From: Ranitomeya imitator
Lineage: Eukaryota
NCBI RefSeq assembly: GCF_032444005.1
Contig: NC_091289.1
Coordinates: forward strand, 9,052,001 to 9,116,000
DNA: 64,000 nucleotides
Direction: 5' to 3'
Both the position numbers and the translations under genes were made by a program. Below, in pieces: positions 47,382-58,500 of this stretch. The notes below the pieces were generated by a model. That model was not told the origin of the DNA. It searched no databases and was given only the letters and a program-made list of their open reading frames with translations. The first letter of the stretch is position 1. The number at the start of each line of letters is the position of its first letter.

Positions 47382-49194
47382 ATGCTGCGGCAGATTGAGC
47401 CGGGGTTCGGGCCTCCTCGGCTCCGGTCCTTTAACAGCCGGCAGCAGGCGCAGGTCCTGTTCTGTAACCGCAGCTCCCGCACCGTGCAGCCCATCTGGGT
47501 GAACTTCCAGGGGAACCCGGAGCCGTACCCGGTCCTGCTCCCCGGCACCGGCCGCAGGATTTACACCTACCACGGTACGTCAGCTGCGGCTCTGTCCGCT
47601 GGTGAGAACCGTCCTGGTGATTGTACAGCAGCTGTAACCAGGCACGGCCCATTCACTGACGGCAAGCAGAGGGGTGAAGTGTCATGGCGGCTTGTGTCTC
47701 CTCTCACAGGTCACATCTGGTTGTTTCGCGAAGTCAACACGGACGTGGCGCTGACCGTGGACAAGAGGGAGATCTACATCGCCCCGGCCGACGACAACGG
47801 CCAGCAGCAGCCGGTGATGGTGAACATCTGCCTGCCAGGTGACCGCCCGCGACTGGCACCGGATCAGCACGCTCACCGCTGTGCGCACCACCGCTCTATC
47901 CCCCCCCCCAGTGACCCCGCGCCGCCACTCTGTCCCCCCCAGTGACCCCGCGCCGCTCTCTCCCCCCCAGTGACCCCGCACCGCCACTCTCTCCCCCCCA
48001 GTGACCCCGCGCCGCTCTCTCCCCCCCCCAGTGACCCCGCGCCGCTCTCTCCCCCCCAGTGACTTCGTGCCGCCACTCTCTACCCCCCAGTGACCCCGCA
48101 CCGCCACTCTCTCCCCCCCAGTGACCCCGCGCCGCTCTCTCCCCCCCAGTGACCCCGCGCCGCTCTCTCCCCCCCAGTGACTTCGTGCCGCCACTCTCTC
48201 CCCCCCAGTGACTTCGTGCCGCCACTCTCTACCCCCCAGTGACCCCGCACCGCCACTCTCTCCCCCCCAGTGACCCCGCGCCGCTCTCTCCCCCCCAGTG
48301 ACCCCGCACCGCTCTCTCCCCCCCAGTGACTTCGTGCCGCTACTCTCTACCCCCCAGTGGCCCATGCCAGCTGTGCTTTGGCTTCTATGACCCGCCGCTC
48401 TCTCCCCCCCAGTGACCCCGCGCCGCTCTCTCCCCCCCAGTGACCCCGCGCCGCTCTCTCCCCCCCAGTGACCCCGCGCCGCTCTCTCCCCCCCAGTGAC
48501 TTCGTGCCGCTACTCTCTACCCCCCAGTCGCCCATGCCAGCTGTGCTCTGGCTTCTATGACCCGCCGCTCTCTCCCCCAGTGACCCCATGCTGCAGACGC
48601 GCTCTCCCCCCAGTGATCCACGCCGCCAGCGTTCTGGTCCCTGTGACCCTGCACCGTAGCCTCTTCCCCGTGCCACCGCCACTCAGGCCCCTGTGACCCA
48701 TGCCAGCTGCGTTCTGGCATCTGTGACACGCCTCTCTCTCCCCGTGTGACCCTGTGCAATCTTGCCTTGTGCAGGCGTGTACTACGGAGGACAGAGAATG
48801 AACTTCAATCCAATATTGCAGCCAGCGGGTAAGGAAAGGGTGAATCAAAAACACAAAAACCCCACCTCCATGGCTGAAGATTGTTCCCTCCAAATTCAGG
48901 TGACAGTGTCCCTTTAATGGAGATGTAGAAAATATCTCAAACAAGGTGACACTTGTATCATCATCACATTCAGATCCCCCTATAAGGACCCGCTTGTGTT
49001 TCTCTGTTACAGTCTTCACATTGAAGGATTGCTGCCTTCAGGTGATCAGGAATCTGGTGAAGCCGGAAGATTACAGAAAGCTGGAGATCGTGACCTCCCT
49101 GTACGACGATCTGGAGAACCGACCCAACGTCCAGAAGGATCTGCAGCGCCTGGCCCTCAGCATCTGGAATCAGGCGCCCCAAGAAGACTCGTAA
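47382..49194 (+). CDS. VHL: von Hippel-Lindau tumour suppressor (pVHL19-like, 167 aa)
   Basis: Exons 47382-47574, 47710-47838, 49013-49194 (phase 1/1, 504 nt). [55 protein letters not shown] and BC-box [31 protein letters not shown] match pVHL beta and alpha domains. Confidence 0.97.
47885..48600. repeat. About 29-30-bp C-rich minisatellite in VHL intron 2
   Basis: Unit CCCCCCCAGTGACCCCGCGCCGCTCTCT. Confidence 0.93.
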
Positions 49195-49700
49195 TCTGGA
49201 TATGGATCCGGACGGAGACGTCGATCATTGTAGATAATGGCGAAGAATAAGACTGATTCATCGGCGGCGGATGTTCTCACCGCTCCCACCGTACGGATGG
49301 ACACGTGTAACATAAAGCAGTAAAATGACGAGTTCAGAAAAAGACTGACTTTTGTAAAGCTTGTATATAGTTAACGACCAATTGCACTGTCCCATATCGT
49401 GCGATTATCGCAGCCCACAATGGAAATCCTCAGCAGCGGCAAACTGCAACTTGTCAGTAGACTGGAGCCCTGCGGCCGTTCACTGTGTGTTCTGCAGGTG
49501 CTGTTATTCCCTGTTATCAGCCGTGTCAGCCTGCAGGTTATCTGACCGTAACACTGATAAATATCAACCGTTGCATTCAGTTCTTCAGCGGGATGAGTGA
49601 CGAGTAGTGTAGATCACCAGGATTACTTCTTGTCACGAATCTCGGGTGCATCTCATCAGGGTGTTGGGGGAGGGAGGGGTTGGACATATTGTATTTCTAC

Positions 49701-49896
49701 GGCCGCGATCACACATGCGAGAAAGTCGTTCGAGTCTCGCATGTTAATACCCGGCCCTGCCACCTGCACTCCGGAGCGGAGCGTGCGGCTCCTTGTATTG
49801 CTATGTGGCCGCATGCTCCGTTCCGGACTGCAGGCGGTATGGCCGGGTATTAACATGCGAGACTCGGCCGACTTTCTCGCATGTGTGATCCCGGCC
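49701..49896. mobile_element. 196-bp palindromic MITE downstream of the VHL stop
   Basis: GGCCGCGATCACACATGCGAGAAAGTCG... mirrored by ...CGACTTTCTCGCATGTGTGATCCCGGCC; flanks TAC and TAA. Confidence 0.85.
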
Positions 49897-51544
49897 TAAG
49901 CCTCATTCTTTTAGCTTCTGATGATAATCAGCTGCCAGAGGAGTCTGTAGGCGACATAGAAATATGACAAGAACGCTCCGTAGAGCTGAGCATGCACGTG
50001 TATGGGGGGATGGGCGGGAGATATAGCTGTTTAACACTGTGTATGTGCACTGTATTATTGGAAGAGCCGTATTACAAGCAGCGCTCTGACACTGGTCCGT
50101 ATGCACTGAGGCATTAGAAAGAAAAGCTGTGCATCAAGCTTTTTTAGGGGAAAAAAAACAAATGGCTGCGTTAAAAGAAACCGAGATCGTTTAGCGATTT
50201 GCACAGATTCCCGCAAGATCCTTCTGCAATGAAGGTGAACGTTCCAGTCACACGGGCCGCGCACCATTTATCAGTCATCTGCCTCTGGGTGCAGCAATAC
50301 CGCAGCGTAACCTTATATCACATCTGTAATTCTCCACGGGGTCGAGAAATCGGGACCTTTTCACTGCCAGTCGCGTGTATCGTGTGCCACTTGTACAGAT
50401 CTTATGCACGGAGATGTAGATTTCTATCTGATCTGTGAACCACAACGTTATTTTATCTATATTTTTTTCAATAAAAAGGATTCTGTCATCCCTTATAAAG
50501 TGACCGAGTCTGAATACGGCAGAAAATGGTGTTAATTGTGTCCTGATTAAAGGGAAGGTTCCCTTTAACGCTAAGTTCACACAGGTCAAATGTGAAGCAA
50601 ATTCTCCAGATATAAAATCAGCTGAGAGTTGCAGCATTGGAGATGGTATTTCGGCCAAATCCCATCCATGGTGCGCTGAAAACCTGCAGATTTACCAATG
50701 CAGCTGGTGAAATCTGGACAGTTTGTGCTAGGACTGATTCCGCAGCGAACAGATCTCCAAAGAGTGCGGATTATTGCACAAGATGTGTGCAGCTGAGAAT
50801 CCACTCCGGAATTGTGCACGCGGTTGTTCCTGTACCAGATGCAGGGATTTTAGCAAGTTCTGTCGGGGGAATAGGAAAATCGCAGAAATGTATTTCTGAT
50901 GGCTCCGAATTGTGGCTTGTGGCATTCACAAGAGAGAAAACCGGGACGTCATGGGAACACTCGTCTTATTTATGATTGTGCTGGAGAGTCGCATCAAATT
51001 TACAAGGCAGCTCGGTAACCGGCACCAAATTACCAAAATTCACAACAATTTGAAGTGTTTTTCCTGCAGCATTACTGATAGCGACTCCCTAATGACTCAC
51101 TACAACCCCAACCATCCATCAGGGCGGTTTGGAAAAATAACGCTGGCGTCTGGGTTCTGTGCTCTGTAAGCACCGTAGCAGATAGTGTGACGCTTCGTGT
51201 CATTTTCCATTTAAAAGGAATGTATGGCTGAAAAAAAAATAATTCTGCTCTAAGTGGTAAGTGATGCATCTTACTAATATGGTTGACGCTTTGAAGGTGC
51301 CTCTGTCTTCACTCACGTGCTCCAGTCCTGCCTGTATCAAACATGGGTCAGCACGTCATCAATGCTGTGTGTGAAGGGGGCTGGCTGACTGCTCACTCCC
51401 ATAGCTAGACCGGACCCCTTCTGTCTGTTCATCAGCTGTGACAAAGAAGGGAGTTGCGTTATAGAAATGATCCAGACAGACAGCCCCCTCTGACAACATG
51501 CTGGCACAAGGAGCGGACCATCGGGCTCTTTCACATGTTAGACA

Positions 51545-52912
51545 CAGGTGCATCTCACAAAATTAGAATATCATCTAAAAGATCATTTATTTCAGTTCTT
51601 CAATACAAAAAGTGAATCTCATGTATTCTACAGAGTCATTACACACAGAGTGAGCTATTTCACGTGTTTATTTCTGTTAATGATTATGGCTTACAGCCAA
51701 TGAAAACCAAAAAAATCATTATCTCAATAAATTAGAATACTTTCTAACACCAGGTTGAAAAAATGACTTTAAAATCTGAAATGTTCCCTACTGAAATGTA
51801 TATTCAGTAAATGCACTTAATACTTGTCCGGGCTTCTTTTGCATCAATTACTGCATCAATGCGGCGTGGCATGGAGGCGATCAGCCTGTGGCGCTGCTGA
51901 GGGGTTATGGAAGCCCAGGTTGCTTTGATAGCAGCCTTCAGCTCATCTGCATTGTTGGGTCTGGTGTCTCATCTTCCTCTTGACGAAACTCCATAGATTC
52001 TACCTGGTAGGCGGCTGCGCTGACTTTGGTCTTGATAAAACGCAGTGGACCTACACCAGCAGATGACATGGCTCCCCAAACCATCACTGATTGTGGAGAC
52101 TTCACACCTGACCTCCAGCAGCTTGGATTGTGGCCTCCACTCTTCCTCCAGACTCTGGGACCTGGATTTCTAAGGTCAGTTGTGAAGTCTCCACAATCAG
52201 TGATGGTTTGGGGAGCCATGTCATCTGCTGGTGTAGGTCCACTGTCTTTTATCAAGACCAAAGTCAGCGCAGCCGTCTACCAGGACATTTTAGAGCACTT
52301 CATGCTTCCCTCTGCTGACAAGCTTTTTGGAGATGGAAATGTCATTCTCCAGCAGGACTTGGCCCCTGTCCACACTGACGAAAGTACCAATACCTGGTGT
52401 AAAAACAACAGTATCACTGGGCTTGATTGGCAGCAAACTCTCCTGACCTTAACCCCATAGAGAATCTATGGAGTATTGTCAAGAGGAAGATGAGACACCA
52501 GACCCAACAATGCAGACGAGCTGAAGGCTGCTATCAAAGCAACCTGGGCTTCCATAACCCCTCAGCAGTGCCACAGGCTGATCACCTCCATGCCACGCAG
52601 CATTGATGCAGTAATTGATGCAGAAGGAGCCCGGCCAAGCATTGAGTGCATTTACTGAACATACACTTCGGTAGGTCAATGTCTTGGATTTTAAAATAAT
52701 TTATCAAGCTGGTGTTATAAAGTATTCTAATTTACTGAGATAATGACTTTTTGGTTTTCATTGGCTGTAAGCCATAATCATCAACATTAACATGGAATAG
52801 ATCACTCTGTGTGTAATGACTCTATCTAATATATGAGATTCACTTTTTGTATTGCAGAACTGAAATAAATTCACTTTTTGATGATCTTCTATTTTTTTGT
52901 GAGATGCACCTG
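51545..52912. mobile_element. Tc1/mariner non-autonomous fold-back derivative with transposase C-terminal remnants on both strands
   Basis: Termini CAGGTGCATCTCACAAAA ... GTGAGATGCACCTG|TA; remnants VMVWGAMSSAGVGPL..QQDLAPVH and frameshifted DLNPIENLW (DD34E second D and E regions). Confidence 0.92.
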
Positions 52913-54539
52913 TATATTAGTTCATGTGATAAATTTAATTTTTTTTTTTAACTTGAGATCCTTTTTTTTCAGCGTCCCGCTGTTACGCCTGACGACTTCT
53001 CGGCAGCTTTTTCTCCTGTTTGACTGACAGCTCAGTCCAGCAGCGTAATGGCGGCTCTGATCTGAACGTGCAGCTGATGGTGATCGTGGTCCCCACAGAG
53101 CTGGACCGGGGCGGTGCGCAGCGCTGCACAGGAGCTCCTGGGTCTCTGCCCGTGTCCGGTCTATACTTCTCACCAGGTTAGGAGCTGCACTTGCTCAGCG
53201 ACTGCTTCCAGACCGCAGCGGTGGACGGTCTCCTTGGCAATGAGCTGTAAACAAAAAGGTATCTAATAAGTTGCGTCTTTTACCAGTCCCTGCACAGGCC
53301 CTTTTACAAAGATGGGAAGAACCCTTTAAGCTCATCTAACAGTTTATTTTAGATGGAAAATCCCTTTAAGCCCTAATAAAAATGTCCCTGCTCCCAATCC
53401 GTTCAGCACTTTCTGTTTCAGGATGGCAGAAGTCATGGCCGTCATTACAGGTCGTACTGTAGTGCTCACCCAGCTTTCTAGGAGTCCTGAGGAGCAGCAC
53501 AGAGGATGTAAGCATCCAGCTTTACTAGAGTTCTGAAGGAGACATGCTGCAGATTTGCTGTTCAGGAGCCTGGGAAAGCTGAATTATTGTTGTGCTTCAA
53601 TTCTTTAGCATGTTGAACATCTCTGCTTGCTGAGATTGGGGATATTCTCACTCACCCCTTCCCAAAGGCTTAAAACACTGCCAATACTTGTCACAGCTGA
53701 GTGTTTGCCACACTTGTATCCTGTCTTAAAGGGGTTGTCTATACAAAAAGATGCTTGTTATCTTCAGGTTGGGTTCTATAAGAAAATAAGTCTTACCTGC
53801 TGTCGACGTTCTGGCCGGAGCATTGGCCGCTCTCCGCTGTATGATCTGCCCCGGAGGCGATGGCGTCGCCATACAGCCAGCCAGAGGACCGCTGCCGTTT
53901 GTGATGGGCTGCAGCAATCCGGTGACTTGAGCTGGAGGTTTTTCTGATAATGTGTGGGGTTCAAGTCAACTGACCGCTGCAGCCAATCACTAGACCGCTG
54001 CGTCATCGATAGGAGCGGTGACAGCAGCCGAGGATGATTTATTTTGGTATTTTTACTAATTCAACCCCCGAGATAATTGAACAGCTTTTCCCCCTTGAAT
54101 GTTCATCATCTAAGCTGAGTGATACATTGTAGCAAACGATCAGAAGCAGAGTTGTGCTGTGAAGTGTTTTGCTCACAGAGGATTGCCCGGCTGGATACAA
54201 ATGTAAAACTTTGTAGTGTTTTGGGTTTTTTTTTTATCCACTGAATGTTAACATCCACCGACAGCAAGCGGAGATAGTGAAAATAATCAGGAATCGAAGC
54301 CCAGCCTACATAGTGACTGGTGATTATTTACATGGGACTGCAGCGCCAGCAGTATTGCTCACCTGTGTAGTCACAGATCGCCCCCTCCTTCTTCCCGCAT
54401 CGGAGGTTTGCTGCACTTCCTGCTCTACTGGTTGTATAGCATTTTCGGGCCTCGTCCCTCACCTCCCCCCGCACAACTCGCTACGAGGAAGTTCTGCAGT
54501 AGATGACGTCTGCGCCAACAGGTGACTGACAGGAAGGAA

Positions 54540-54705
54540 TGAGGGGATCCCTGCGTGATTTGGGGGGTTGTCCCCCACAGTGCCGCCCCTCCCAGTATAT
54601 AAAGCAGAACTCGGGCTCCCGGGGCCAGACGCAGCCATCGCTCACTGGGATCTGTAGTAGAAAACCCTGCAGCTTCCGATTCCTAGTCCGGCCCGGCAGC
54701 ACCAA
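54540..54705 (+). promoter_or_regulatory. Probable IRAK2 promoter and non-coding exon 1
   Basis: NF-kB-like GGGGATCCC (54543) and GGGGTTGTCCCC (about 54564), TATATAAAG 54596-54604, strong donor CAA|GTAAGT at 54705/54706; acceptor TTTCTGCAG| at 55519 upstream of the ATG. Confidence 0.65.
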
Positions 54706-54850
54706 GTAAGTGACGAGACGCCGTGCGTGAAATCTGGAACACGGAGCCGACTCTCATCCCTGAGGATCTCACCCATCGGCCATGTTCACACACACGTTTG
54801 TTCCGCTCACTTTCTATTCATTCTTATGGGATTTTGTGTTCGTACCAGAA

Positions 54851-54881
<31 letters not shown>

Positions 54882-55542
54882 ATTGCTGAAGGTCTTGAAA
54901 AATATAAATGATGGTGCAAAAAAAAAAGTGCCGATAACTTCTTGGAAGCAGATCCTGACGGAAACTGCTCCAAACTAGGCTGCAAAGAAGAGTCCAGGAG
55001 CCACCTGCACCTGTGAGCTCAGGATGTGTTCTGCCTCCCGCACGCCATCTTCATGGTCTCCTCTCGCTGAGACTTCAGGGGAACAATTCCTGATTTTTTC
55101 ATTCTAAAGGCTACAAAAAAACCCTAAAGCTGAGAGTTTGTTACCATCGTATCCAGCTCTGCGAGCTAAAGACATCAGAACCGCCAACCTCTCCCATCTA
55201 CTGATCGGTTGGCGCAATGTATCAGCCTGGAGTTGGGATTGTAAGATCTTGGGGGATTTAGACTGGATGTAAATGTAGCAAAACCTCAGCTGTGAGAAGT
55301 CGAGTAAACAGGAATGTTCCCAATCACTGACAGCAAAAAGGCTAAAAAAATCCATCCACAAAGTCTATTAAAAGTACTGAAAGTTTTCATCATAAAAGGA
55401 TTACACGTTATTACAAAAATAGAAATTCCCTTTAAGATATTGCGTAGCACGCACTGATGCCTGGTGTCCGTCCTGTCAGCGCCGTGCGTAAGTCGTGACG
55501 CTATTTATTATTTCTGCAGGTACAACAGGAGAAAAGACAACT

Positions 55543-58500
55543 ATGGCGCATTCACAGAATGGCGGGAGTTCATCCCCCCTGATCATTGACGTCCCACCCA
55601 GAGTTCTGGACGACTTCTGCCGCTGTGTCGACAGCTTGAATGACTGGGAGTGGATGCGGTTTGGTAAGAAGGATTCATTCTCTGCTGTTACTTCTGACAA
55701 CTAAAGGGATAGTAATCACGTGTAATGTATGGAGTGCACCAGCAGAACAGTGAGCGCAGCTCTGGAGTATAGTACAGGATCAGTAATGTAATGTATGTAC
55801 ACAGTGACTGCACCAGCAGAATAGTGAGTGCAGCTCTGGAGTATAATACAGGATGTAACTCAGGATCAGTAATGTAATGTATGTACACAGTGACTGCACC
55901 AGCAGAATAGTGAGTGCAGCTCTGGGTATAATACAGGATATAACTCAGGATCAGTAATGTAATGTGTGTACACAGTGACTGCACCAGCAGAATAGTGAGT
56001 GCAGCTCTGGAGTATAATACAGGATGTAACTCAGGATCAGTAATGTAATGTATGTACACAGTGACTGCACCAGCAGAATAGTGAGTGCAGCTCTGGGGTA
56101 TAATACAGGATGTAACTCAGGATCAGTAATGTAATGTATGTACACAGTGACTGCACCAGCAGAATAGTGAGTGCAGCTCTGGGGTATAATACAGGATGTA
56201 ACTCAGGATCAGTAATGTAATGTATGTACACAGTGACTGCACCAGCAGAATAGTGAGTGCAGCTCTGGGGTATAATACAGGATGTAACTTAGGATCAGTA
56301 ATGTAATGTATGTACACAGTGACTGCAGCAGCAGAATAGTGAGTGCAGCTCTGGGGTATAATACAGGATGTAACTCAGGATCAGTAATGTATGTACACAG
56401 TGACTGCACCAGCAGAATAGTGAGTGCAGCTCTGGAGTATAATACAGGATGTAACTCAGGATCAGTAATGTAATGTATGTACACAGTGACTGCACCAGCA
56501 GAATAGTGAGTGCAGCTCTGGGATATAATACAGGATGTAACTCAGGATCAGTAATGTAATGTATGTACACAGTGACTGCACCAGCAGAATAGTGAGTGCA
56601 GCTCTGGAGTATAATACAGGATGTAACTCAGGATCAGTAATGTAATGTATGTACACAGTGACTGCACCAGCAGAATAGTGAGTGCAGCTCTGGGATATAA
56701 TACAGGATGTAACTCAGGATCAGTAATGTAATGTATGTACACAGTGACTGCACCAGCAGAATAGTGAGTGCAGCTCTGGAGTATAATACAGGATGTAACT
56801 CAGGATCAGTAATGTAATGTATGTACACAGTGACTGCACCAGCAGAATAGTGAGTGCAGCTCTGGAGTATAATACAGGATGTAACTCAGGATCAGTAATG
56901 TAATGGATGTACACAGTGACTGCACCAGCAGAATAGTGAGTGCAGCTCTGGATTATAATACATTGTGTAACTCAGGATCAGTACAGAATAAGTAAGTTAA
57001 TGTACTGTATATCACAAAAGTGAGTATATGCTGCGTGCTCGAATAATAAATCTGATTCTCCTCGCCTGCAGGTCTCACGGCTAGAACACATGCAGGTGAG
57101 GAGAATCGGACATATTCGAGCACAGAAGACACTGGTTTGGCACCTGAGCGCATGACCTGATAACACTTTATCTGAGCACATTCGCTCGTCACTTGTGGCC
57201 ACACAAAATATCAACACTTTGGGAACAATTTGTCCGTTTTCCCTTAGGGGTGTACTCACTTTTGCTACCAGTGGATTAGACCTGTTATTTACACATTTAC
57301 ACTGTGATACGAGCCGGGCACCGACTGCTGCACATTGTATCACAGTCAGATCTGCAGCGTTGTCCCATGAACAGATATAATAAAATATCTACGACATGTC
57401 GGGGGTGTACTCTCTTTTGTGATGTGCTGTATTTGCACAGTGATTCACAGTTAGACTTTATTCTCTGCGCCGGCCACGTATCTGATTGGCTGGCTCAGTA
57501 TCAGTCTCGGTGGTAATTGGTCGTTACCGTTGTGATTAATTAGCAGCTGATCTTAATATCAATTTGTAAATCTCCTTCAGCTTTAGTAATAGAGGAAGGC
57601 CGGGCTGATAAGGGCCCTGCACTTCCTCTACCGTGGCCTCGCCGCAGCTTGTGGGGTGATCTATGATGATGGGACAAGCGGGGGCCGGATACTGCGAGCC
57701 CCATATGACGCACCTGGATACTAGTGACATACACGGCGGAATATGGAAATGTGACAAGTTCTGCTGCTTTGTAACATCCTTCGTTACAATGTGTCAGTGT
57801 GCATCTGCTGTCAAAGGCTGAGAGCCTGTAAACATAGTAACATAGTAACATAGTAACATAGTTAGTAAGGCCGAAAAAAGCCATTTGTCCATCCAGTTCA
57901 GCCTATATTCCATCATAATAAATACCCAGATCTACGTCCTTCTACAGAACCTAATAATTGTATGATACAATATTGTTCTGCTCCAGGAAGACATCCAGGC
58001 CTCTCTTGAACCCCTCGACTGAGTTCGCCATCACCACCTCCTCAGGCAAGCAATTCCAGATTCTCACTGCCCTAACAGTAAAGAATCCTCTTCTATGTTG
58101 GTGGAAAAACCTTCTCTCCTCCAGACGCAAAGAATGCCCCCTTGTGCCCGTCACCTTCCTTGGTATAAACAGATCCTCAGCGAGATATTTGTATTGTCCC
58201 CTTATATACTTACTAGATTGTGGCCCGATTCTAACGCATCGGGTATTCTAGAATATGCATGTCCCCGTAGTATATGGACAATGATGATTCCAGAATTCGC
58301 AGCAGACTGTGCCCGTCGCTGATTGGTCGAGGCAACCTTTATGACATCATCGTCGCCATGGCAACCATTATGACATCATCGTCGCTGTGCCCGTTGCTGA
58401 TTGGTCGAGGCCTGGCGGCCTCGACCAATCAGAGACGTTGGATTTCTACGTCGATGCTGTGCCGGTCTCTGATTGGTCGAGGCCTGGCGGGATTTCCAGG

